A DNA stretch of 64,000 nt from a virus, in IMG/VR virus record IMGVR_UViG_3300028783_000001, positions 64,001 to 128,000 of that record; one strand, 5' to 3'. The notes beneath the pieces were generated by a model. That model did no database searches. It saw nothing but the letters and a program-made list of their open reading frames with translations, and was not told where the DNA came from. Made by a program: the position numbers and the translations under genes. Shown one piece after another: positions 16,401 to 25,561 of the stretch (position 1 is its first letter; each line of letters begins with the position of its first letter).

Positions 16401-19078
16401 CCAATCAGCGTAGGTGATAAGAAGAAATTACCGGCTATTGCTGCTACTTGATAGCCAGTAGTTGTTGGAGATGGGCTAAACGCCCACGCAGTGGTTGAAA
16501 CTTGAGGTCCGGTTAGAGTGGGTCCAATCAATACAGGAACAAACGACTGTGATGAGGTTGCTACTTGAGATCCAGTTAGTAGAATCCTGGGCCACAGAGC
16601 ATTAGCAGTAGCAGTTACCTGCGCACCTGTTGCAGTCGGGTTTGGTATAAAGATTCCTGCATAAGAAGTAGTAGCTGCGCCGTTTGTCACAAGCGAGATT
16701 GTGACTCCGTTGTAGCTCATTGTAATTGACTGAACGGCCTCAGAAGTATTAACCGAACTGGTATATCCTGAAGTAGTTGTTACACCGCTTTCATCAGTAG
16801 CACTGCTATACAGCTGCCAGTCAGTACATCCTGCAGTTGGTGTATTGAAGAAGTTTGTCGTTCCATACGAGCCCCGGGTGGTGCAATAAAACGAAACAAT
16901 CAAGTCGCGCGTATAATCATAGACGAAGGGAACCGCATCTGATGTAAATGCACCAGGTCCAGGTATTATATATGAGGTATTTCCTCCAAAGGTAAGCTGG
17001 ACTTGATTCCCATCAAAGTCTGGAACTAAGGCGCTTGCAACAGGTGAATGACCAATCCACGCTGATGTAAATGCACCAGCCGAAGTTCCAGACGCAGCAT
17101 TAAACGTGACTAATATTACACCGGTAGCCGATGCCGGCCCCAACAGGTTCGCATTAAACTGCGACCGATCCGTCCAGCCAGACCAGTTTGGGGATGATCC
17201 TGATAGAGTTTGCGAGAATATCGTAGTGGTAATCGCTACAAATCCTGATGCGGAAGTTGTAGCTACAGTACCAGATAAAGTAGGTGATTCTGATATAACA
17301 AATGTTGGTCCTTGCGCCGCCGTAGATACACTAGCACCAAGTAGGTTGTCTGATATTGCTGATCCATACGTAACAATGATAAGACCTGGAGCACCAGCAC
17401 CATTTATAACGCCGTTACCACCAGCACCGCCGTATAGACCGCCTGCTCCACCTGAACCTCCACTAGAAGATCCACCTAGAGGCTCAGCACCAAGTGCGAC
17501 TCCTGCTGTTCCACTCGCTGGCGCAGATCCACCACCGCCGCCGCCGGAGCCGGCACTCGGCGTTGTTCCTGTATAAGTCGTCCCGTTCCAGGTATTAGTG
17601 GAAGTCCATTCTGTTCCGGTAGATCCAGCAGCTCCGCCGTTGGTGTTACCAATACCACCAACTCCACCATTACCATTGTCACCAACACCACCCGGACCGT
17701 TGTAGCCTCCGCTACTTCCACCAGCGCCATAACGTCCAGCCGCCCCACCACCACCGGCGTAGCCTCCGCTATTTCCCGCTCCACCAGCATATACTGTAGT
17801 GCCAACACAGTTTGTCGTCGCATTACTATCACCAGCTGCTAATACAGTAGCCGTGCTATAAAACCACGTATTAGCGGTTGCCGATCCCGCACCAGTAGTT
17901 CCACCACCAACACCCAGTTGATAGGAGATTGACCCACTACCAGACCAGTTTGTAATCTTAGAATAACAGCCACCATTACCATCGGTAGTTCCACCAGCTC
18001 CAATACATTCAATCGTATTGTCCGACGTATTCCAGTCTGCTGGAATCGTCCAATTACTCCCCCCTGTAAGGAAGATTACGTTTCTCGAAGTACCAGCGAC
18101 ACTAGTAAATAAACCTGCTGATGAAGTGGATCCAGCACCTGTAAATGGTGGTTGGACTTTAACCGGAATAAGCGTTTGAGCGGACGTCGTAACAGATGTT
18201 CCACCACCATAAGGGTTAGGCCAAAAGTTGTTTGCTAATGCTGTTATTGATGCTCCAGGTAGGGTAGTTGCGCTAACCGTATAGGTGATGATAATAACAC
18301 CACCGGCACCCGCGCCACCAGCTCCGGCTGATGTTCCATAAGATCCAGAACCACCACCTGCACCATATAGGCCACCAGCACCACCAGTATTCTGAACGCT
18401 CGACGATCCGTAGGAACCACCACCGCCACCACCTGAACCCGCTGCGCCAGCACCAAGCTCAGATCCATTTCCACCTACTCCACCAACTGTTGATCCAGAA
18501 GTGCCTGCTGCACCAGCAGATCCACCTGATGTTCCATCACCATTACCACCAGCACCAGCTGCGGAAGCAGTTGCGTTTGCACCAACTGCACCAACTCCGT
18601 TTGGTCCGCCAGCACCACCACCTCCTGAGCCGCTATAACCCGATGATCCAAAGTAGCCACCATTACCACCATTGTTTCTAGTGAGGTAGCCTGATGATGG
18701 AATGCAATTCGTTGCCAAACCACCAAGCGAGGCGGCGTTTGTTATTCCACCACCTGCGCCGCCTGGTGCACCAACGCTCGATCCTACAAGTGTAGTTCCA
18801 TTGAAGAAGGTGCTTCCACCAGCTACACCTGGATTTGCGGTGGTGCTGCTAGCAGCACCACCGGCTCCACCATTACCAACAGTAAACTGAATGTTTGCAC
18901 CAGGAGATACAGCAAGGGTAGCGATACTTACATAAGCACCACCTGCGCCGGCTACTGGGTAGTTGTAATAGTTTGCACCACCACCACCTGCGCCGATACA
19001 TTCAACTTTAAGTGACGTAACATTAGAGGGGACAGTCCACGGAGAGGTGGAGGCTGTCGTTAAGACAACAACAGTCAT
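13460..19078 (-). CDS. 1872-aa virion fibre-like protein: two Gly-rich domains, a beta-sandwich and about 1000 aa of ~18-aa Ser/Thr repeats
   Basis: WTVPSNVTSLKVECIGAGGGG; repeats PTLxGxQxxxxAxxFxxx; GGGAGG RBS. Confidence 0.85.
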   Translation of the reverse strand: MTVVVLTTASTSPWTVPSNVTSLKVECIGAGGGGANYYNYPVAGAGGAYVSIATLAVSPGANIQFTVGNGGAGGAASSTTANPGVAGGSTFFNGTTLVGSSVGAPGGAGGGITNAASLGGLATNCIPSSGYLTRNNGGNGGYFGSSGYSGSGGGGAGGPNGVGAVGANATASAAGAGGNGDGTSGGSAGAAGTSGSTVGGVGGNGSELGAGAAGSGGGGGGSYGSSSVQNTGGAGGLYGAGGGSGSYGTSAGAGGAGAGGVIIITYTVSATTLPGASITALANNFWPNPYGGGTSVTTSAQTLIPVKVQPPFTGAGSTSSAGLFTSVAGTSRNVIFLTGGSNWTIPADWNTSDNTIECIGAGGTTDGNGGCYSKITNWSGSGSISYQLGVGGGTTGAGSATANTWFYSTATVLAAGDSNATTNCVGTTVYAGGAGNSGGYAGGGGAAGRYGAGGSSGGYNGPGGVGDNGNGGVGGIGNTNGGAAGSTGTEWTSTNTWNGTTYTGTTPSAGSGGGGGGSAPASGTAGVALGAEPLGGSSSGGSGGAGGLYGGAGGNGVINGAGAPGLIIVTYGSAISDNLLGASVSTAAQGPTFVISESPTLSGTVATTSASGFVAITTTIFSQTLSGSSPNWSGWTDRSQFNANLLGPASATGVILVTFNAASGTSAGAFTSAWIGHSPVASALVPDFDGNQVQLTFGGNTSYIIPGPGAFTSDAVPFVYDYTRDLIVSFYCTTRGSYGTTNFFNTPTAGCTDWQLYSSATDESGVTTTSGYTSSVNTSEAVQSITMSYNGVTISLVTNGAATTSYAGIFIPNPTATGAQVTATANALWPRILLTGSQVATSSQSFVPVLIGPTLTGPQVSTTAWAFSPSPTTTGYQVAAIAGNFFLSPTLIGAPVVTIANAFVLSPTLIGPQITSAAQSFVPVIVQHIFGSALGTTTANIFNPAPTPAGAQASSTANIFVPQPTLSGVQSSAIAGIFASSPTLTGGLVNSTANVFNPAPTSTGAQASSTAGIFVPQPTAAGNQTTASAGPFASSPTLTGGLVNSTANVFNSAPRFVGCQVATQTSAFSPNPYIPGTQATASANAFWLQPTLIGTSSTTNAVMFIRQPVLVGALTVSTANALWMIIPIIGTTTTSYANPFWTSPTLVGVSSVASSSAFMPKPVLVGAATVAIASIFSQNIPVTGASVITSSNIFGQQVAPSFTGAAVSTTANALWVQVGVAVAGAQVASSGQSFYNQPTILGTAVVSSCNLFWLAPLLTGVQATTSAYYFQEKPTLPGVAAIASAGSIQLGIWLSVGAVSAANTFFPKPIATGVQVGSSAGSLAYATSALLFGSTVTTTANVFIPQPTVVGAQAVEAANSFWFAPIVLSTLVVSSVNIFWNKPTLIGVFVSVSGQPLNGITLQTVLAGISVAATAGPLWNKPTAVGSQSVTTAQVLSTTLTPTTTGASVLSAAQRFWSSPSTSGGQIVTSAQVFVPEPTLFGTQLSAIASIFSPQDVLSGAQVMVGCNSFWPNLTVYSAAVVTAGQSLQTATTLTINGAQTTSTANRFTPLVAVVGTFVTTTANQFYASPTLIGLQVSSNASWFVTQPTLSGAQATSVAKIFVPQQTLTGALVSSTAQAPLPTSAIALIGVAATPSAGLLLHNTSSTPTGANVATAAATYAIQTGLLAMGAVSTSACGLFTPIKLFTVASTLVAASAGNFSDVILTALVGTSAAEILGVFAPQIFFIIQSNTIAVATAVAASYSDVASKGVAVSSRALSAPLTAPWLFALLPRAGVVVNIAPLYVTEAIPLPSARSVAATQGAVADPGGDAISADATATTRSLSSTINMFTIPLAQAIVELGRVETITINAREQLPFNTVAIRYQSRTINIR
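15927..16148 (-). repeat. near-identical ~60-bp direct repeat with ~162-bp (3 x 18 aa) period
   Basis: GTTGAATACATTTGCAGTAGAGTTTACCAGACCTCCGGTTA[G/A]TGTTGGAGAAGAGGCAAAT occurs twice. Confidence 0.8.
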
Positions 19079-19112
19079 AGGTCACCTCCCTGTATTTTAG
19101 CTATATGGAGAG

Positions 19113-21701
19113 TTACCATGTGGACCCTCCTGTTGCGCGCGTAGATCGGTCACGTTGGATGTTTAGGGTACGACTCTGCCTGCCTCTGGTAGCGTACACC
19201 GTTCGTTTTGAAGGCGGCAGCACGACCGGGTTAATACAAATAGTTTCGACGCGTCCGCAGATTGCAATAGACGTAGCCGAAGGTAGCTGTTGCGAGAAGG
19301 ATTGGTGTGACAACGCACCTATGGTAGCAGTAGCACCACATGAATGTAGTTGTATGGTTGTAGTAAATGCACACGAAGCAGCGATTCCAGATGCCGTGGC
19401 ATGAAGCTCATCCTGCGGCATTGGATCGGGAACACCAACAGCCGTGGTTACTACCGCTGCAGACACACTTATTAGCAATGCCACTGCGAGCGACTGGGCC
19501 GACGCTAAGGCGGCAGACGCGCTACTGGCTGCTACCTGTGCGACGGTCGTTCCCGCCGACGTCGAGCATTCTGCACCAGATGCTACTGAGGCTATTGCAG
19601 GTTGGAACAGACCAGCCGAGGCCGTCGCCGGCGTTCCAGTTACGTAGACCTTTGGCCAGAATACGTTTGCTGAGGTAGTTGCCTGCGCACCATTGATAGT
19701 GGGTATTGATACGACAGTCCCGGCTGTAGCACTGACTGCTAAACCAGATAGCCCCGACGTGTGGGTAGTCGTTAGAGTCGCGCCGGTCGTCCCGACGGTA
19801 GCTCCCACGAGCAGCGGCTGCATTATTAGTGCCACTGGCTGTGCCGTCGACGCTACCGACGATCCAAGCAGTATTACCTGAGACCAGAATGAGTTTGCAC
19901 CTCCGGTCGCCTGGGCACCAAGTATGGTTGGCTTCATCCAAAACGGGTTTGCCGCTGGGGATACCGCCACACCAATCAGTGTGGGGCTAGACCAGAACCT
20001 ACTCGCCGATGATAAAACCTGCGCACCGACAGCAAACGGAGCAAACTGGTTGGCTGAGGCTACGACTTGTGCACCAACCAGCGAGGTGAATATAACGGCG
20101 ACCGTAACGATTACCTGTGCGGACGAAGTTGCCTGCGCACCATTGATAGTGGGTATTGATACGACAGTCCCGGCTGTGGATGCAGCCTGCGCTCCGATTA
20201 GGGTCAACTGCACTATTGGGGCCAGTGCCTGCGCCGACGACGTAACCGCCGTACCGCTTATCGCATACTGGATCTGTGGAGTGAGCGGTTGTGCAGATGA
20301 TGTTGACGCAACCCCAGGAAGTGCTTGGGTTTGTGTTGGGGCCAGCGCTTGTGCCGACGTCGTGGTCGACGCCCCAACGATTACCGGCGTGATAACCGGC
20401 GCTATGGATTGTGCAGATGTGGTAACAGATACACCCGGCAATGACTGCAGATGCTGAGTTGTGAGTGTCTGCGCCGAGGTGGTGGATGATGAACCAACAA
20501 GGCCAAACGAATTGACCGTTGCAGTTGACTGCGCTGCTGATACAACCGACGCCCCAATAACTAGCACCTGCGGCCAGAATGCACTTGCACTCGACGTCGC
20601 CGGCGCTCCTACGAGGACCGATTGTGCCGTTACTGTTACACCCTGTGCGGCGGTAGTTACAGACGCGCCAGTTACAACGGGGCTTGGCCAGAACTGATTA
20701 GCTACAGATATTGACTGCGCACCAGGCAGCGTAACTGGCGCTACAGCAGGTAGCGACTGCGCGGCTGTAGTGCACGAAGCACCAACGGCTACAGCTGCAA
20801 CGATTAATGATAGCGCCTGCGATGCCGTAGTTGCTACGGCACCTACGCCAGCGGTCTGTGCAATCGTGGAAAAGGTATTTGCTGCTACAGCCGACTGCGC
20901 CCCTGGGAGGGTAAGTTGCAACTGTGTCGATAGGCTTTGCGCGGTATTAGTTGCGGCCGCTCCAGTAAACGTCGACTGCACCTGTGTTGGTGCTAGTGTC
21001 TGTGCCGACGTTGTTGCAGCCGTTCCGATTAGGGTCGACTGCACCAGCGCAGATGAAAGGGTTTGTGCAGACGTCGTTGTTGACGCACCATTTAGCGTCG
21101 ACTGCACAGTTACAGGGGTAAGGCTCTGCGCCGATACAGATACAGACGCACCTGGTAGTGTAGGTTGTGACCATAACTGATTGGCAGTTGATGCGACTTG
21201 TGCACCAGCTGGTAATGCAGCGACCGTTGGTGAGAATGTGCTAGCCGAGGTGACGGTGGATGCACCGGCGACCATCGCCAGCATCAAGAAGATGTTTGGT
21301 GTCGAGGTAACCTGAGCGCCGGTGAAGGCCAGCTGCACGCTGGTCGGCCAAGGCTGTGCTGATGTTGAGACGCTAGAGTCCTGCAGCGTCCCAGAGTAGG
21401 ACGTTCCAGATTGAGGTGATAAGGCTCCAGCAGTGGTGGTTACTGACGTACCCGTCAGATTGATAGATTCAGAAATTACCCCAGCGTAAGCCCAGCTACA
21501 TGCGCCGATCAGCGCGTTGTTGAATGCGGAGAGGGCAAAGAGCGTCGTGGGCTGCGCTACGTAGCTAGTGCCGTAGTTTGTCAGATCGAGAATAAGCGGA
21601 GCCGTAGCACCCACTAAATTAGTGGGTGCTACGGCTCCAGTTGTTAGGAGAAGGTTTATATAACCAGGTTGGTTTTTGGCCAGTAGGGTCGTTGACGACA
21701 T
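19113..21701 (-). CDS. 862-aa Ser/Thr/Ala/Gln repeat fibre-like protein
   Basis: 18-21-aa repeats GA(S/Q)xTTSAQxL; C-terminus shared with the 1872-aa protein. Confidence 0.85.
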   Translation of the reverse strand: MSSTTLLAKNQPGYINLLLTTGAVAPTNLVGATAPLILDLTNYGTSYVAQPTTLFALSAFNNALIGACSWAYAGVISESINLTGTSVTTTAGALSPQSGTSYSGTLQDSSVSTSAQPWPTSVQLAFTGAQVTSTPNIFLMLAMVAGASTVTSASTFSPTVAALPAGAQVASTANQLWSQPTLPGASVSVSAQSLTPVTVQSTLNGASTTTSAQTLSSALVQSTLIGTAATTSAQTLAPTQVQSTFTGAAATNTAQSLSTQLQLTLPGAQSAVAANTFSTIAQTAGVGAVATTASQALSLIVAAVAVGASCTTAAQSLPAVAPVTLPGAQSISVANQFWPSPVVTGASVTTAAQGVTVTAQSVLVGAPATSSASAFWPQVLVIGASVVSAAQSTATVNSFGLVGSSSTTSAQTLTTQHLQSLPGVSVTTSAQSIAPVITPVIVGASTTTSAQALAPTQTQALPGVASTSSAQPLTPQIQYAISGTAVTSSAQALAPIVQLTLIGAQAASTAGTVVSIPTINGAQATSSAQVIVTVAVIFTSLVGAQVVASANQFAPFAVGAQVLSSASRFWSSPTLIGVAVSPAANPFWMKPTILGAQATGGANSFWSQVILLGSSVASTAQPVALIMQPLLVGATVGTTGATLTTTHTSGLSGLAVSATAGTVVSIPTINGAQATTSANVFWPKVYVTGTPATASAGLFQPAIASVASGAECSTSAGTTVAQVAASSASAALASAQSLAVALLISVSAAVVTTAVGVPDPMPQDELHATASGIAASCAFTTTIQLHSCGATATIGALSHQSFSQQLPSATSIAICGRVETICINPVVLPPSKRTVYATRGRQSRTLNIQRDRSTRATGGSTW
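19677..20177 (-). repeat. 51-bp exact direct repeat (19677-19727 and 20127-20177)
   Basis: encodes TAGTVVSIPTINGAQAT twice, 450 bp apart. Confidence 0.85.
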
Positions 21702-21726
21702 GGTCTAAACCTTCTACTAGCAGTGA

Positions 21727-22512
21727 TCAGCGCTCGTAGTGACCTTCTTCTAGGTAGTTGAAAGCCGCGAAGCCAGTCGAGGATGGGAACCACAGGTACA
21801 CTAGCAAAAACTCCTGTGGGTTTAGAACAACCGGTGGGACTTGAGCAATAATGCGAGACGCAGCGTTTGCAGCTGCAGTCATAAGTGATCCACCAGCAAG
21901 GCCATCCACCGATCCAAACTGGATTACGTATTCATCCAATGCAATCGGAATCTGAGCTCGCAAAGGCTGGTTGCGCACAACGATACGAGCAGCGGCGGTG
22001 GCTGCCGGTAGCGTCATGTTGGCACCAGATGTAGGAATGTACAGGTTGCTAATCGACTGTGAACCAACACCAGAGTTGTGGTTCACAGCATTCTGTACCT
22101 GCGTAAAGTTTGCAGACGGAGTGCGGTACTGATCTACTACCATAGTTAGAAACGCGGTAACTGCGGAAGCGGGAGCAGTCGTCATCTGAAAGCGGATGTA
22201 GTCTGGAACCAAGTTTACACCGACACCATTGTCGTTGTTCATGATTACCGCTATTGGATACGATGTAGCATAGGTGGTATAAGCAGTTGTCACTCCGTAT
22301 GTAACCGCTGCCGAGTTTGGAGCCATACCGTTTGAGTAGTAGGAACCCTCTTCGGCTAGAGCAGCTTTGTTATGGAGAATGGGGATAATCGCCTGCTCAC
22401 CATAAGGTCCGGTGCGAAGTCCTGCTGGGGTTGATGGCTGACCGTCTTGCTGCTTCTGCGCGTAGCGCAGAAGGCGACCGACGATGCCACGCTGTACGAT
22501 TTCGTTTGCCAT
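21727..22512 (-). CDS. 261-aa putative virion protein, tandem paralog B
   Basis: same length as and highly similar to 22534..23319. Confidence 0.85.
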   Translation of the reverse strand: MANEIVQRGIVGRLLRYAQKQQDGQPSTPAGLRTGPYGEQAIIPILHNKAALAEEGSYYSNGMAPNSAAVTYGVTTAYTTYATSYPIAVIMNNDNGVGVNLVPDYIRFQMTTAPASAVTAFLTMVVDQYRTPSANFTQVQNAVNHNSGVGSQSISNLYIPTSGANMTLPAATAAARIVVRNQPLRAQIPIALDEYVIQFGSVDGLAGGSLMTAAANAASRIIAQVPPVVLNPQEFLLVYLWFPSSTGFAAFNYLEEGHYER

Positions 22513-22533
22513 TGTTTTATTTCCTCGTTTTGG

Positions 22534-23319
22534 TTAGCGCTCGTAGTGACCTTCTTCGATGCAGGTAAAGGTTGGGAATGCAGCCTGTGATGGTCCCCAT
22601 AGATATACCAGCAAAAACTCCTGTGGGTTTAGAACAACCGGTGGAACCTGGGCTACAATACGTGAAGCGCCGGCTGCAGCGGCGGTCATTGGCGACCCAC
22701 CAGCAAGACCATCAACTGATCCAAACTGGATTACATATTCGTCTAGAGTCACAGGAACCTGCGCCCGAAGCGGGATGTTACGAGCAATGATACGGGCAGC
22801 GGCGGTAGCTACTGGTAGCGTCATGTTAGTGCCGGTCGACGGAACATACATGTTTGAAATGCTCTGTGAGCCAACACCGGTATTATGGTTCACAGCATTC
22901 TGTACCTGCGTAAAGTTTGCTGATGGTGTGCGGTACTGATCTACCACGAGCGTGAGGTAGTAGGCAGTAGCCGATGTTGGCACACCAACCATCTGGAAGC
23001 GAATGAAATCTGGAACCAGGTTGACGCCAACACCGTTGTCGTTGTTCATCAACACAACTAGTGGGTAGGATGTAGCGTAGGTGGTATACTGCGTGGTCAC
23101 GCCGTAGGTGATTGCAGCTGTATTAGGAGCAAGCCCATTTGAGTAGTAGGCTCCCTCTTCGGCTAGAGCGGCTTTGTTGTGAAGGATTGGATATGCAAAC
23201 TGCTCACCATAAGGTCCGGTGCGAAGTCCTGCTGGGGTTGATGGCTGACCGTCTTGCTGCTTCTGCGCGTAGCGCAGAAGGCGACCGACGATGCCACGCT
23301 GTACGATTTCGTTTGCCAT
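22534..23319 (-). CDS. 261-aa putative virion protein, tandem paralog A
   Basis: first 120 nt identical to paralog B. Confidence 0.85.
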   Translation of the reverse strand: MANEIVQRGIVGRLLRYAQKQQDGQPSTPAGLRTGPYGEQFAYPILHNKAALAEEGAYYSNGLAPNTAAITYGVTTQYTTYATSYPLVVLMNNDNGVGVNLVPDFIRFQMVGVPTSATAYYLTLVVDQYRTPSANFTQVQNAVNHNTGVGSQSISNMYVPSTGTNMTLPVATAAARIIARNIPLRAQVPVTLDEYVIQFGSVDGLAGGSPMTAAAAGASRIVAQVPPVVLNPQEFLLVYLWGPSQAAFPTFTCIEEGHYER

Positions 23320-23324
23320 GATGT

Positions 23325-23651
23325 TTATCCAATCTCTTTCGTGGTTACGGGCATACCGCCCTGAATCGTTGCCAAGTTTTGAAGCTCTGCTAGAATCTGC
23401 ATTAGCAGATCGCTTTGCTCTTTCATCTGCCTAGAGTAGGCTATACTCGTCACCAGCGCGGCCTCCCACCCTTGGGGCTCGTCGGGTACGACGCTGGCGA
23501 TGTTCAGGCCGGATATCGGATCGCCTATGGTCATTACCTGACGCATGACGGTAGTGGTGACGTTTGCGATTATAGCCTGTAGCGTAACTAGGTCGATGTT
23601 GCTGGTAGACGAGCCGGTGGCTATTACAGCGTCTGTTTTTAAGTTTGCCAT
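23325..23651 (-). CDS. hypothetical virion-associated protein
   Basis: GGAG RBS; RQVMTIGDP. Confidence 0.65.
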   Translation of the reverse strand: MANLKTDAVIATGSSTSNIDLVTLQAIIANVTTTVMRQVMTIGDPISGLNIASVVPDEPQGWEAALVTSIAYSRQMKEQSDLLMQILAELQNLATIQGGMPVTTKEIG

Positions 23652-23652
23652 G

Positions 23653-25032
23653 TTATACTCCAGGGACCGTATAAACGAATGCCAGGATAGCGAGTGGGGT
23701 CCCTGCCACGAACACTAGGTTTTGGAAGTTTAGGTCAGCACCACCCGTTCCGATGGTACCGTCGAATACCACCGTAAGATGATCCGACTGCGTCACCCTG
23801 AACCAGCTAGCATAGCCGCTATTCGTCACAGTGGTTGACGGTATCGGGTTTGCCGTTATCATCCCACCGGATATGGATGCTGCAAAGGGTACGCCGATGT
23901 TAAACGTAGCCAATGGTGCTGATATTGTAATATTCTCGGGGGTACCAACATATGATGGGTCCCCATAGATGTCGATGAATCCACCGTCTATGTACGGAGA
24001 TAGCGCTATGGCCTGAACGTTTGCGGCTCCCAGGGATAGGAACATTTGTTCACCTATGAGTGGTATTGGAATCGTCGGCGGTATGACAAACTGCCCAGCA
24101 CCAGATGCAGAGGTCGTGCCAAGGAGTGGTATCAGCGTCCAGAAGAGGTTGCCTTGGGCACCTACGTACGCTCCGGTTATCGTAGTCGGCTGCGCTAGAT
24201 AGGTAGCCGTAGTGGTTACCGATGCTCCGGTTATCGTAGTCGGCTGCGCTAGATAGGTAGCCGTAGTGGTTACCGATGCTCCGGTTATCGTAGTCGGTGC
24301 TTGCAGAAACAGAGCACCCATCTCGCCTTCTGGCGAGCCTTGTTGGTAGGACAAAGCCTGATGGTAAATCGCGTCTATCTCGCCGGGAGAAAGGACGCGG
24401 GCGTAAACCCTAGCGTCGTTTATCAGGCCACCAAATTCACGTCCCGCTGATGACGGGTCGTTGCCTATAAAGTTGTTGGCCCCGCTAGCTGCAACAAGCT
24501 GCACTCCGACACCGCCTGCGGTGGCGGACTGCACACCATTAACATACCCGATCAACCCAGCAGACGAAACCACGTATGCTACGTGATACCAAATACCAGT
24601 CTCTAGGACGGCTCCAGTGTTTTGATAAGCAGAGTTCGACCCTAAATAATTAACATAACAAGCCAGTTGCCCGCTGCTGGTTATGTAGCAGTTCCAATAA
24701 AAGTTTCCTCCTAATACATCGCTACAAAATATTCCTGAATATGCAGGCGTGAGTGAGTTTATGTACACCCAGCCTGTGAAGGTGACGGGCGAGACGTAGT
24801 TCAAATCAGCGAGGGAGCCAACATTTACATACTGAGTGCTGCCATTTAATAAAAGTCCTTGCCCAACAATTCCCGGCCCCGTGGTTGGCCCACCGATCAA
24901 AGTTCCATTGCGTTGGTTGCCGCTCCAGTCATACCCAGTGCCATCGACGCACCAGCGCCCCACGAGGCCGCTCTCATTTTCGAGAGGGCTTGTCGCTAGG
25001 ACGTTGAACTTACTGGGGGACCAGGGTGCCAT
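23653..25032 (-). CDS. LamG/ConA-like lectin-fold protein with repeat linker and C-terminal fibre-type domain
   Basis: LVGRW...DWSGNQRNGTL, WYHVAYV, YVNG, FGGLINDARVYARVLSPGEI; C-terminal ASWFRV...FDGTIGTGGADLNF. Confidence 0.8.
   Translation of the reverse strand: MAPWSPSKFNVLATSPLENESGLVGRWCVDGTGYDWSGNQRNGTLIGGPTTGPGIVGQGLLLNGSTQYVNVGSLADLNYVSPVTFTGWVYINSLTPAYSGIFCSDVLGGNFYWNCYITSSGQLACYVNYLGSNSAYQNTGAVLETGIWYHVAYVVSSAGLIGYVNGVQSATAGGVGVQLVAASGANNFIGNDPSSAGREFGGLINDARVYARVLSPGEIDAIYHQALSYQQGSPEGEMGALFLQAPTTITGASVTTTATYLAQPTTITGASVTTTATYLAQPTTITGAYVGAQGNLFWTLIPLLGTTSASGAGQFVIPPTIPIPLIGEQMFLSLGAANVQAIALSPYIDGGFIDIYGDPSYVGTPENITISAPLATFNIGVPFAASISGGMITANPIPSTTVTNSGYASWFRVTQSDHLTVVFDGTIGTGGADLNFQNLVFVAGTPLAILAFVYTVPGV
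24170..24297 (-). repeat. perfect 54-bp tandem repeat, about 2.4 copies
   Basis: unit encodes PTTITGASVTTTATYLAQ. Confidence 0.9.
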
Positions 25033-25035
25033 GCG

Positions 25036-25521
25036 TTAGGCAATCGAACGGTTGTACGTTCGATATTTGCAGACATTGGAAGTCGTCGCCAGCGTCGCCC
25101 CCGTCTGGTTGTAGAAAGCGAAGCAGAATGATCCAGGCGGCAAAACGATGCGCGACAGCATCCCAGTACACACCTGGGTACCTACTGGGAGGATGATATT
25201 GCCAACCCAAAACTCAGCGGCAGGAGCGCCAACAGAGAGCGTGGTAGACAGTAGGTTATTGCCGTAAGTCGTGCCGTCCTGGTTCAGCGGGTAGATGTAG
25301 ATCCCCACGAAGTTCGGAGCCGCCGTCGTTATTGAGGCGAGCGAGATGGACACGTCCGCGAATACGTCCAACGCCGTGCCGTTCGCGATCACGACGCTAC
25401 TCAAGACAGCATCGCCGTTGATGAAGCTGGACTGATTTATTTCCGTGCTGCCGCCCGTGGCGAACGCATTGCCCCAGGTAAGGCTCTGGCCTGCGCCGGC
25501 TATCCATTTTTCAACTGCCAT
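25036..25521 (-). CDS. hypothetical beta-sandwich virion-associated protein
   Basis: CAGGAG RBS; IVLPPGSF...YNQTGATL. Confidence 0.7.
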   Translation of the reverse strand: MAVEKWIAGAGQSLTWGNAFATGGSTEINQSSFINGDAVLSSVVIANGTALDVFADVSISLASITTAAPNFVGIYIYPLNQDGTTYGNNLLSTTLSVGAPAAEFWVGNIILPVGTQVCTGMLSRIVLPPGSFCFAFYNQTGATLATTSNVCKYRTYNRSIA

Positions 25522-25561
25522 TGTATTCTCCTGTATTTATCGGATGCGCCGTCTTGAGCGA

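Noticed and set aside
21727-23319. Diversity-generating retroelement TR/VR pair
   Set aside because: Both copies are full genes, the differences are not adenine-specific, and there is no reverse transcriptase in the window.
13460-24297. CRISPR array suggested by repeated DNA
   Set aside because: The repeats are in-frame, codon-multiple coding repeats with no repeat-spacer pattern, and no cas genes are present.
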